Shown: positions 1 to 12,909, counted from the first letter of the stretch. The stretch is DNA of 64,000 nt from Octopus vulgaris (GCA_951406725.2 OX597832.1:58218001-58282000); one strand, 5' to 3'. Made by a program: numbers and translations. Notes: generated from the sequence alone by a model not told the origin.

Positions 1-18
1 GTCCCTTTCGTTGTCGTC

Positions 19-123
<105 letters not shown>

Positions 124-592
124 GTTATCATCAGTATCATCAACATGTCCTAAATAATGGTTGCTGGTGTGCAGCATCAACAGCAGCATCAACAGCAGCA
201 ATAGTATCACTACCACCACCACCGCCACTGCAACCACCACCAATAGTAAGAACAACAACAACAATAAAAACATCAAAAAAGCAACAACATGGCAACACCA
301 CATCTACCACCGCACGCACCTTAACACCAGCAGGATTTATATACCGTAGCTAACACCACCACCACCACCACCACCACCACCACCACCACCACCACTACCA
401 TCAACACCACCACTACCATTACCGCCATCACCAACATCACTAGCAACTGTACCATCACAACCATCGCGGCACATCTCCGCCAACGCATTATATGACTACC
501 TCCACCACCACCACCACTGTCATCACTACCTAGCAATACATACTACCTCCCCAAAAGTAATACTACTACTACTGCAGCTACTACTACTGCAG

Positions 593-665
<73 letters not shown>

Positions 666-1249
666 CACTACTCTCCTACTACAAAACTAATACTACTACT
701 TCTGTTGCAGCCCTACCCTCCCCTTATCCTCCTCCTCCTACTGCTGCTACTGCCACTACTGCCACTTCTATCACCACCACTGACACTGCTGCTGCTGCTG
801 CTACTACTATTACTACTACAAGAAAGACCACGCTACCAAAATGACAACCTCCATAATGTATCACCCTCCACCCACCCATATCCCCCTACCACCATCGCCA
901 TATCACCCGAAACCATCCTCACCGCCAAGCCCGCCATCTCCGATCATTTACTGACAGAAAAAGAAACAAAACTTTTATACGACCACCGACTTCGTTATCA
1001 ACCGACAAAGATCCCCTCTCCTCTGCCATCGCCTGCGACGTCACCATCATCGTTTCCATCAGCACCGTCCCCATCATCATATGCGTCGTAATCATAATCG
1101 TCATCATCAACATCACCATCACCATCACCATCACCATCACCATCATCATCATCATCATCATCATTATCATCATCATCATCATCATCATCGTCATCATCAT
1201 ACTCCTCCTCCCCGTCATCGTCGTCGTCGTCATCATCATCATCATCACC

Positions 1250-1281
<32 letters not shown>

Positions 1282-1920
1282 CGTCATCATCATACTCCTC
1301 CTCCCCGTCATCGTCGTCGTCGTCATCATCATCATCATCACCATCATCATCATCACCATCTTCAGCATCATCATCATCGTCATCATCATACTCCTCCTCC
1401 CCGTCATCGTCGTCGTCGTCATCATCATCATCACATCATCAGTATCGCCGCCATCATTATCGTTGTCATTATTATGTTCCAAATTGACTCAATGACCACC
1501 CCCACCAAAACCATCAGCATCAACACCATCACCATCAACCCCCACTCCAACCATCACCGCCGCCGCCACCACCACCTCCACCACCATCATCAACCCCCAC
1601 CAGTACCAACATCTTTACTACCGCAACTAACTTCGGCATCACCTTCAGCCTCAACTCCAACAGAGCCCAACCGACACCGCCACCACCGCAGCTCCCGCCG
1701 GCCCCGCCGGCCCCCGTCCCCGCTAGGCCAATTCATTGTTAAAGGCAACCTGCTGCAGACATGCATAACAATAGTCTCGATGCAATGGACGTTACGTGTT
1801 GCTGTTATTATTATTCCTGTTATTCTTGTCGATGTTGCATTCGGATCAAGCTAGCGATGAATATACAGAGCAGTTACTATACTGCAAAGCTATCTCCTCC
1901 TCCTCCTCCTCCTCCTCCTC

Positions 1921-2026
<106 letters not shown>

Positions 2027-2101
2027 GAAGAAGAAGAAGAAGAAGAATGATAATAATAATAATAATGATGATTGTTATTATTATTATTAATATTTTTATT
2101 A

Positions 2102-2136
<35 letters not shown>

Positions 2137-2138
<2 letters not shown>

Positions 2139-2328
2139 AGCGGCGAGCTGGCAGAATCGTTAGGACCCCGGACGAAATACTTATCGGCAATTCGTCAATT
2201 TTCTTCTTCTGAGTTCAAACTCTGCCGAGGTCAACTTTGCCTTTCATCCTTTCAGGGTCGATGAAACAAGTACCGGCATAATACTAGGGTCAATATAATT
2301 GATGTACCCATTAACCCCAAACTTCAGG
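2137..2328 (+). mobile_element. SINE type A (tRNA-derived)
   Basis: Head GGCGGCGAGCTGGCAGAA (A box), B-box-like GAGTTCAAAC, body GCCTTTCATCCTTTCAGGGTCGAT shared with >15 copies in the window. Confidence 0.88.
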
Positions 2329-2360
2329 ATTAATAATGATTGATATTATTATTATTATTA

Positions 2361-2452
<92 letters not shown>

Positions 2453-2588
2453 GTTTTTATTATTATTATTGTTATTATTATTATTATTGTTATTCTTCTT
2501 CTTCTTCTTATTATTATTATTATTATAATTGTTATTATTATTATTATTGTTATTATTATTATTATTATTATTGTTATTATTATTATTA

Positions 2589-2628
<40 letters not shown>

Positions 2629-2687
2629 CATCATCATTATTATTGTTATTGTTATTGTTATTATTATTATTGTTGTTGTTGTTGTTG

Positions 2688-2745
<58 letters not shown>

Positions 2746-2765
2746 CATTATTATTATTATTATAG

Positions 2766-2867
2766 GAATGAGGTAACTCCTCCAGATGATATAGAAGCTG
2801 AAAAAAATAGAAGAGTGCCATTGTCATCAAGTGGACGATATTTCGACATCTCGTGTGTCTTCAACAG
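2766..2867 (+). CDS. Candidate isolated 102-nt coding exon (NEVTPPDDIEAEKNRRVPLSSSGRYFDISCVFN), product unknown
   Basis: Unique sequence between microsatellites; TAG acceptor, CAG|GTAGAT donor, open frame, length divisible by 3. Poor polypyrimidine tract; no recognised homology. Confidence 0.3.
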
Positions 2868-2894
2868 GTAGATTGACACTTTTATTATTTTTGC

Positions 2895-2954
<60 letters not shown>

Positions 2955-2974
2955 TGATGATGATGATAAATAAA

Positions 2975-3393
2975 AAATAGTGAAAATGAAATGTCGAGAG
3001 ATATGACAGGTTAGCTTGGGAAGTTATCTATGAAAAAGGTAGTAGTAGTACCAATAATTGTCGGAGCTCTGGGGACAGCGAGCAAAAATCTATAGAAGCA
3101 CGTGGAGCAAATATTGACAGAAGGACTAGGAAGGACTTCAATATGAGTGGAGGACCCTACCCGAGATCAATGGTAGTAAGATCATACTTACCAAGAAAGG
3201 AAGGAAGGTTAATATCTGTAGAAGAAAGCGTGGAGTTAGCTAGAGTAGATATAAAATCCTACTTAATAGTGAAGAAAGTTTATTAAAAGCTGCTTGGTTT
3301 ACAGAAAGGCGTAAGGGAATCCAGAAGATCAAATGAATTTAAGACGCAGAAAAAAGAACAGAAATTATCTGAATGGCAGAAGAAAGATATTTG
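2975..3393 (+). mobile_element. Decayed R4/Dong-clade LINE fragments
   Basis: Translates (with stops and frameshifts) to KKVVVVPIIVGALGT (C-terminal motif of restriction-like-endonuclease LINEs) and IDRRTRK..PRS..R.YLPRKEG..LISVEE (post-RT motif). Confidence 0.8.
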
Positions 3394-3399
3394 CAGTAA

Positions 3400-3555
3400 A
3401 TAGTAGTAGACTTATTTCTATTTTCATCGACTCCGAAGTAATGAAAGGTAAATTTCACTTCGGTGGAATTCGAACCCAGAGCAGAAAGAGCCGGTGGAAA
3501 TTGCACAAAATAATTTTAGCCAATTGCGACAACGATTCGACCCACACGCCGCCTA
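3400..3555 (-). mobile_element. Degenerate SINE type A
   Basis: Reverse-strand match to the type A head and body (ATGAAAGG..CGGTGGAATTCGAACCCAGA..CGCCGCCT). Confidence 0.7.
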
Positions 3556-3634
3556 TTATGTCCATGTGCAAGGGTTTTTTTAAATGAAAGCACTTCAGGT
3601 TTCTCCGTGATATTCATAATTTATTTTGTATCTC

Positions 3635-3846
3635 TTATTTCTTTCAGTCATTAGACTGCGTCCATTTTTAGTCGAATATATCGACTCCAGTACTAATTAT
3701 ATCATTCTCTTTTGCCTAACCGCTAGGCACGGGCACATAAACACAGTAATACCAGTGGTCAGACAGTGGTGAGAGACAAACAAACGCACACACACAAATA
3801 TATATGTATGTATATCTATATCTATATCTATATCTATCTCTCTATC

Positions 3847-3923
<77 letters not shown>

Positions 3924-4098
3924 ATATATATATATATATGCACGACGTGCTTCTTTCAGTTTCCTTCTACCAAATCCAATCGCAGGGTTTTGGTCGGCCC
4001 GAGGCTATAGTTGCAGACACTTAGTGAAGGTGCTATGCAGTGGGAATTAACCCGGAACCAGGTGGTTTGTAAGCAAGCTACTTACCACACAGCTACTT
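3635..4098 (-). mobile_element. SINE type B (tRNA-like head, CORE-like segment, internal microsatellite)
   Basis: Reverse complement of the 4131-4578 family, with an internal (TC)/(TATC)/(TA) tract. Confidence 0.85.
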
Positions 4099-4130
4099 CG
4101 TTAATAAACTTAGCTAAAAGAAAATAAATA

Positions 4131-4294
4131 TAGGCGCAGACGTGGGTGTGTGGCCAGAAGCTTCTTTCCCAACCACATGATTCTGGGTTCAGTCCCACTG
4201 TACAGTACCTTGGGCAAGTGCCGTCTGCTATATCTTCGGGCCGACCAAAGAGATGTGAGTCGATTTGGTAGAAGGAAACTGAAAGAAGCCCATC

Positions 4295-4351
<57 letters not shown>

Positions 4352-4578
4352 CATATATGTGTATGTATGCATGTGCGGATGTGTGTATCTATGTATGTAT
4401 TTGTCCCCTCCCCACCATCGCTTCACAACCGATCTTGGTGTGTTTTAGCGGTGCGGCAAAAGAGAGCGATAGAATAAGTACTAGTCTTACAAAGAATAAG
4501 TCGTGGGGTCGATTTGTTCGACTAAAGGTGGTGCTCCAGCATGGTGGCAGCCAGATGACTGAAACAAGTAAAAGAATT
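4131..4578 (+). mobile_element. SINE type B, full length
   Basis: GGGTTCAGTCCC B box, CCTTGGGCAAGTG CORE-like motif, internal (TA)n, tail GGTGCTCCAGCATGG..GACTGAAACAAGTAAAAGA. Confidence 0.9.
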
Positions 4579-4899
4579 AAACACAAACACATATCCACGG
4601 AACTTTCATATTGGTTTTGTCAACGAAATTCTATGCAGAAAGCTGTGCACACATGTCCGAAGCGTCACACTCTGGTATCGAACGCAGAAGGTTTTGACTG
4701 CAAAGCTGGCATCTTTAACCACGCAGCCAATGTTCGTATTCCTCTAGAAGTCTGTCTGACTGCCAAATATCCTCCATGGTGCTTTAGATGTTTGAAACCA
4801 TTGGGTTTCTCTGCTGTGGAGTTATTTCACAAGAGACAATAATTTTCACGGTTCTGCAGTCTGCCAAATCTTCGAATGCAACTGGCGTTTTCTTCTCTT

Positions 4900-4951
4900 C
4901 TGCTACTACTGCTGCCGCTGCTGCTGCTGCTGCCGCTGCTGCTGCTGCTGC

Positions 4952-4988
<37 letters not shown>

Positions 4989-5225
4989 GCAACAGAAGCA
5001 CCATTATCATCGAACGACACCCTCCTCCACCACCGACACCTTACTCTTTTGCATCATCAGCATCATTAACATCAGCAGCAACTGCCTCCTGTACGACGGC
5101 GTGACCACGACGACCACGACCGCCACCATCACTACCAACACCACAACAACTAACTACTACTGCAACCACAACTACTACCACCAGCGCCGCCACAACTACC
5201 TCGTCATCAGCAGCACTATCAACCA

Positions 5226-5301
<76 letters not shown>

Positions 5302-5351
5302 GCCGCTGCTGCTGCTTCTATTACTATTACTATTACTACTAGTGCTGCTGA

Positions 5352-5397
<46 letters not shown>

Positions 5398-5440
5398 GCT
5401 GCTGCTGATATTACTGCTCCTACTCCTACTGCTGCTGCTG

Positions 5441-5482
<42 letters not shown>

Positions 5483-5613
5483 TTACTACTACTGCTACAG
5501 CTGCTGCTGCTGCTGCAATGTATTATAAACTTCTTTTTTCTTAGCTATTGTTATTCTTTTGAACTTCATAAATATGTAATGCCACCGACACCACCATCAG
5601 TAACAACAACAGC

Positions 5614-5655
<42 letters not shown>

Positions 5656-5700
5656 AATAATAATAACAATAACAATGATAATGATAATATTGGAAATAAT
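4900..5700. repeat. Compound triplet microsatellites (GCT)n/(ACT)n/(AAC)n/(AAT)n
   Basis: Directly visible. Confidence 0.95.
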
Positions 5701-6109
5701 CGTTGTTGTTGCTATCAACCTTAGGGATCTCTATTCCTCCTTGAGGAATCTGCAGTTCATCCTTCGTCAAATTATCGTGCACCCCCTTTTTTTCTTTTAT
5801 TTGTTATACACATCTTCCGCATCCTTCACCCCCACACCATTTTGCTGGTTTCCAAAGAAACCTAATGATACATCGAGTAAAGGTTTTTTTTCTCTACACA
5901 CCTCCCCTCGGTGTCGCCCTCCCTCCGTCCCTCCTCCTCTCTCGTTTCTCATCGCCTTGACAACGATCTCTTGGGAATCGTTCTTCAGTTCTACGAGTTC
6001 TTCTCTTTCGATAATGATAGCTATATAAGATTAGCTTCTCTCTTTTTTTCTCTTTGTTTCCTTTTATAACTCGAGGTTACCTCCCTGGATTAATCAATGC
6101 TTGTCTCTT

Positions 6110-6195
<86 letters not shown>

Positions 6196-6957
6196 GAAAC
6201 TTTTCTTTTTGAAGATAGTTATCCTGTTGTTTCTTCGGCTTAGAATTCTTAAAATAATGCTATTTTCTAACTTTATTGTTCTGTTGCTTCCTCCAAACAT
6301 TTTTTAAACAATTTTCTATATTTTTCTTATCCTCTTCACTAATTCTAATTACAAACTTATTTATAATTTACAATATAATACTTCAACGTCTAGGTCTACC
6401 ATATCAATACATATTATTTTTTAGTATTCCTTCACTTCACCTCCAATTCTACTGGGGGTTAAACACCAAGAATTAATAATATTTCTTTCTCAGTTCCAAG
6501 CTTGCTTGTTCTTTCTGAAGACTTTGTGTGCTTTATTACATTTATTACATTTATTCCGTTTCATATTTTCCTTGAAGTCTTTGCGCAAATGGCGTCGATT
6601 TTTCTCTTTATATAATGTCTTAATGACATTTACTACACAGACTTTACAGCAGTGTTGCCAATCTACATTAAATGATTTACCTTCTTTTTGCTATTCTTGG
6701 TGCGTACAAACAAGAAATATATATCAGCTAAGAACATCCCGTTTATTCTCAGACATTGTCTAACGCTGCAACGGAAACGTGTCAACGAGCAGGTGGCAAT
6801 GGGTGCAACGAATATTTCAACACCGAACAATAAATGCTTAAAACGAGGTTTGCATAGTTTTTAATGTTTGAAATGACAAATGGGTCGGAACTTTTAAATC
6901 CAGACAAGATGTATTTTTCGATGTGCGGACACACGGAAAAAGTCTCGTTTGTGGATG

Positions 6958-7181
6958 GGGATGATGTTGATGATAATGATGGTGATGATGATGATGATGA
7001 TGATGACGACAACGATGACGACGACGATGATGATGTTGATGACGACGACGACGACGACCTCGACGATGATGATTACGATGATAATAATGATGGTGATGAC
7101 GATGATGATCATGATGATGATGCTGATAACGACGACGACCTCGACGATGATGATTACGATGATAATAATGATGGTGATGAC

Positions 7182-7219
<38 letters not shown>

Positions 7220-7257
7220 CGACGACGATGATAATGATGATGATTACGATGATGATG
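6958..7257. repeat. (GAT/GAC)n tract with a duplicated ~60-nt interrupted unit
   Basis: GACGACCTCGACGATGATGATTACGATGATAATAATGATGGTGATGAC occurs twice. Confidence 0.93.
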
Positions 7258-7823
7258 GGGACATTTATGTGCCGACCAATATTTGTCTTGCGCTTTCTGA
7301 ACGTCACATCTGCGTATGTCAGGATAACAGAAGATAGCACTGGTTCAGTAACTGAACAGGTTGATCATGACCATTGATACTAAAAAGAAAACAAAGAAAA
7401 AAAAAACAAAAAACAAAAAATGTCAGTATGTTGTCTTGAAAATAACTGCTAAAGAACTTAAGAATCTCCAACGATGACATAAATTCCAGGAATGAGATAT
7501 TTTCGGACTGCCTCTACTTCAATAAATACATCCTGTTGGAAACCAAAAGTAGAGTACCGAACACTTAGTACCACTTTGCTTATATCTGTTTGACATCGAA
7601 TTATTGTATTACTAATCATCTCCTTCGGGTTTTTCTTCTTGTCTTCTTTCTTAACAGCGTTTCTTGTTTCAAGGTCATCTGCTCAAAAAAACAACTGACA
7701 AGCAACAAACAGTCTTGTCTTTAGCTTGAAAAATGGCGAAATAACTTATCCAGACCAGGAAACCCTAAGTAGCTGTATTTAACAAGATTTGTGATGTCTA
7801 TATTATAGCAGTGTATACTTACA

Positions 7824-7942
<119 letters not shown>

Positions 7943-8417
7943 ATATGTATGTATATAGTTTACTGTTTCATTATGTGTAGGGCCAACACAAAGGTCTGTA
8001 TCGAATGCGATATAATATGATGTAATATACATGCAAGAATAAAAGAACTATTAGTTGTTTCATGCTTTAAGGTACGTTATCAACTGAGCCTGGAAGATCG
8101 CTTGGAGGTTCATGGCGTGTTATACAAATCTGCCAATTTAAGGTACCTTAAAACATGAAGCTGCTAGTAGCTCTTTGGAATTGTGTATTTTAAATGATAT
8201 ATATGTGTGTGTGTGCGCGTGTGCGTGTTGGTATATATACATACATACATACATACATACACACGTATGTACGTACATACATACATACATACATACATAC
8301 ACACATACATACATACGTACATACATACATACATACATGCATGCATGCATACATACATACATACATACATACATACATACATACATACATACATACATAC
8401 ATACATACATACATACA

Positions 8418-8578
8418 TAGCCACTACACACATTTTTTTCTCTCCTTGATTTTTCTATATCCCTTTCTGTAGAAGAGCGTAGGCTCGAAACGTAAAATAC
8501 TTTTTCTATTCGTGAGTGTTATGCTAATACATCTGTTTGTTTTGTACAGCACCTGTCTTCGTCTTTTGTTTTTTTCAT

Positions 8579-8590
<12 letters not shown>
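8418..8590 (+). mobile_element. Short dispersed repeat, probable PLE terminal fragment with a hammerhead-like motif
   Basis: Near-identical copy at 22194-22371 (-); contains CTGTAGAAGAGCGTAGGCTCGAAACGTA. Confidence 0.65.
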
Positions 8591-8659
<69 letters not shown>

Positions 8660-8964
8660 GTAAGAGAAGTGGAGCCGGTTTATCGAACAGCTTGCAGTTA
8701 TTGTGATGAAAATTCTGACACCAGAATAATAAATAAATGAGTGAAGTAAACAGTTTTCAGTTTTTGTATGTTTTTGAATGGCTACTGTGTGTCTTTTACG
8801 CTGCAATCGTCTAGTTTCAAAAACACAGTCTCACATCTTATCAACCACAGATATATCTTGAAAAGCCTACTATATAATTTGGCGGATAAAAGAAAGATGA
8901 AGATATAGTATTTTTCTCCCATAAACATCTGACAACAAAAAACCCCCAAAACACAAACGCAAAC

Positions 8965-9026
<62 letters not shown>

Positions 9027-9359
9027 ACACACACAAACAAACAAGATTCGACAGGTCAAGTAATGCTAGACATAATTTTCAAACGGCGTCTTAGGTTTTC
9101 TTTTTTTTGTCTTAAATTTCCTTAATTGTATTCTAACTGTGACCTAATCCCAGAATTAGTGTTGCAAATTTGGCTTAAATCATTTAGAAGCCGTTCTGCT
9201 ATTTTCATGTTTATCCTGTTGCGGCTTTGAAGAGCAAATTTCTATTCCCACGCAAAGTCAGCAGTGTAATTTTAAATATAATTCCCTCCGATAATGCTAT
9301 TTTTATACACTGCATCTCATATTCTCTCTCGTTTCATATACTCAAGTAATTTTTTTTAT

Positions 9360-9389
9360 CTCATATACATATATACATACATACAGACC

Positions 9390-9439
<50 letters not shown>

Positions 9440-9491
9440 CAGTCTTACGCACATATAAAGGTGTATATACATACAGGCATACATATCTATG

Positions 9492-9572
<81 letters not shown>

Positions 9573-9625
9573 ATGAGATGAAAAATGAAAGGAGAGAATA
9601 TGAGATGATGTGTATAAAATAGCAT

Positions 9626-9664
<39 letters not shown>

Positions 9665-9673
9665 TTATATTGT

Positions 9674-9748
<75 letters not shown>

Positions 9749-9809
9749 CCAAATGTGTCTGTATGTTGATTCTACTTGTTGAAGTGAGCCAGTATATATA
9801 CATCTGTGT

Positions 9810-9889
<80 letters not shown>

Positions 9890-10237
9890 ATATGTACACG
9901 TGTGTATAGAAGTATAGGTATGTGTGTATGCATGTGTATGCGTGTGTTCATGTGTATACACGTGCGTGCGCTGCGCACGTGTGTGTGTGTGTGTGCACGT
10001 GTGTGTGCGCACACAATAGCATCATTGTTTACAATTTTCTTTTCATGGTTTGTCGATGGGTCTGTTGATTGCGCAGACTGGAAACATCGATCTAATAGTC
10101 ACTTATGATTGATCATAAGTATAATGTCTGCTCTTGTATAGACAACTCGATGCTTCTATTTAGCTTCTGATTATGGTTATTTGTATGTCTTCATACATGC
10201 ATACATACATACATACATACATACATACATACATACA

Positions 10238-10316
<79 letters not shown>

Positions 10317-11000
10317 TTATTTGGGTATAGTGGATCGGCTTATTGCTACCATTCGTTCAAGTCGGCCATTTTGTGTTTTTATATGCTTGGCATAGATTCA
10401 ATGTTGTATATTTTGGTATTTTCAACATCGTTATGTCGTGTTTCATAGATATTTTGTTTCAGAATTAGTATCGATCGTGCCGTTTCTATGTCATTATTTG
10501 TGATGTACGTACGTACATACATACATGCTTATAGGCATATATACATAAACACACATATGCATTCATACACATACATGCATACACATAGAAATATATACAT
10601 ATACATGCATACATACAATCATACAAATAGACATACATATAAACATATATATATATACAAACGCACATATATACATAATATATACATTCTAAATACAGGC
10701 ATACATACAATCATGCATACATACATACAAACATGCAAACAATCATATAAATATATATACATATACACATACATATATACGCGCATACAATCATATACAT
10801 ATACATATATACATCCATACATGCAATCATAGATACATATATACATACAGACACATGCTTACATACATATAAATACAGACATACATGCACACATACATAC
10901 AAACATGCATGCTTGCATACATACATACAGACATACAAACATGCATGAATATAATCGCATAAATATATATACATACATACAATACATACATACATACATA
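9360..11000. repeat. (TA)n/(TG)n/(TACA)n fields, with a degenerate ACAATCAT minisatellite at 10600-10990
   Basis: Directly visible. Confidence 0.92.
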
Positions 11001-11002
11001 TA

Positions 11003-11125
11003 AGGTGGCCAGGTGGCAGAATTGTTTACAAGCCGGACAAAATGCTTGGTGACATTTTGTCCGTCTTTATATTCTGAGTTCATGTACTGAAATGGCGTTT
11101 TACTTTCAACCTTTCGTTGTCGACG
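11003..11125 (+). mobile_element. Degenerate partial SINE type A
   Basis: AAGGTGGCCAGGTGGCAGAA..TTCTGAGTTCA. Confidence 0.7.
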
Positions 11126-11199
11126 TAAGTAGAAAGTTGTATGCTCATACGCTAAGTTCCCAAGTCGTTCCGCGTTGCATCTTGGGTATATGTCTTCTA

Positions 11200-11578
11200 G
11201 GAGGCGCAATGACCCAGTGGTTAGGGCAGCGGACTCGCGGTCGTAGGATCGCGGTTTCGATTCCCAGACCGGGCGTTGTGAGTGTTTATTGAGCGAAAAC
11301 ACCTAAAAAGCTCCACAAGGCTCCGGCAGGGATGGTGGTGATCCCTGCTGTACTCTTTCACCACAACTTTCTCTCACTCTTACTTCCTGTTTCTGTTGTA
11401 CCTGTATTTCAAATGCCGGCCTTGTCACTCTCTGTGTCACGCTGAATATCCCCGAGAACTACGTTAAGGGTACACGTGTCTGTGGAGTGCTCAGCCACTT
11501 ACACGTTAATTTCACGAGCAGGCTGTTCCGTTGATCGGATCAACCGGAACCCTCGTCGTCGTAACCGACGGAGTGCTT
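11200..11578 (+). mobile_element. SINE type C (tRNA-like head) with tail X
   Basis: GGAGGCGCAATGACCCAGTGGTTAGGGCAGCGGACT..GGTTTCGATTCC (A and B boxes); same head at 24040 and 39890. Confidence 0.88.
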
Positions 11579-11599
11579 CCATATGTCTTCTAATATTAC

Positions 11600-11882
11600 C
11601 TCGAGCCAAACAAAGATTTGTGAGTAGATTTGATAGTTTTCTGTCAAATATATATATGTGTGTGTGTGTGGGGGGGGTGCGTGTATAAATGTGTGCATGT
11701 CTTTCTGTTTCTGTCTATTCAGTAACTGCTTGAGAACCGGTGTTGGCTTGCTCATGTCCTCAGACTTAGCGGTTTAGCAAAAGTGTCTAATAAAATAAAT
11801 ACCGGACATTAAAGAAATGATAAGAACTGGCGTCGTTTTGCCCCAGCATGGCCGCAGTCCAATACATGAAACGAGTAAAAGT
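11600..11882 (+). mobile_element. Degenerate 5'-truncated SINE type B
   Basis: CCAAACAAAGATTTGTGAGTAGATTTG..CCAGCATGGCCGCAGTC. Confidence 0.75.
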
Positions 11883-12002
11883 TAAAAGCTTCACGCACAC
11901 ACGCGTGTGTGTGTCTATATATCTTTGTATGTATATATACATACAAACACACACACGCATATATATATACATACATACATACATTATATATATATATACA
12001 TG

Positions 12003-12058
<56 letters not shown>

Positions 12059-12186
12059 CGCTTGTGTGTATGTATATATATATTTATATATATATATATG
12101 TGTGTATGTATGTATATGTATAAATATACGTGTATACATACATACATACATACACATATATATATATCTATATCTATATCTATCTA

Positions 12187-12232
<46 letters not shown>

Positions 12233-12236
12233 ATCC

Positions 12237-12290
<54 letters not shown>

Positions 12291-12309
12291 ATATATATAT
12301 ATATATATA

Positions 12310-12354
<45 letters not shown>

Positions 12355-12734
12355 ATACTATATATATATATATGATATACTTGTGTGTGTGTTTCTGTGA
12401 TTGAGTGCGTATGTTTGAGTGTGAGGGTAAGTGTTGTTGTTATTGTCTGTGTCGTGTTCCAGTTGGAGGTCGATGACATTGTAGCGAAGTGCAGTATTCG
12501 GTTTCTGGTGATTGCACAGCGATTAATAATGCAAACGCGTGGCGTCCCTGAGATGTTATGTATTCTGTGAGATCGATGAAAATGTGTACCACGGTGAAAT
12601 ATTCATTGAGGTCTCTATGATGGAATAAATATTTGAAGGCGATTCACTGGTGCGGCCCAATCACTGAGCTGAATAATGGTATGAGAGAATATAGGTAACT
12701 TCTTCATCTCTCATTCGTTCTCTCTTCCTGGTAT

Positions 12735-12784
<50 letters not shown>

Positions 12785-12827
12785 ACATATGTATATACAT
12801 ACGCACACGACGCCCACACATACACAT

Positions 12828-12862
<35 letters not shown>

Positions 12863-12878
12863 CACCTATGTACATACT

Positions 12879-12909
<31 letters not shown>

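Noticed and set aside
1081-1854. 257-aa His-rich ORF as a metal-binding or beak-type protein
   Set aside because: Pure (CAT)n/(CGT)n repeat, open in several frames and both strands; no signal peptide or Gly/His motif structure.
4150-4842. 230-aa ORF and the recurring peptides (KDERQSRPRRNLNS, TKNKSWGRF)
   Set aside because: Chance read-through of SINE A and B sequence.
6864-7337. Asp-rich ORF as an acidic biomineralisation protein
   Set aside because: A (GAT)n microsatellite open in several frames; no signal peptide or splice support.
11200-11275. tRNA gene (also 17704, 21379, 24040, 39890)
   Set aside because: A and B boxes are present, but each runs into a SINE body and no clean cloverleaf is evident.
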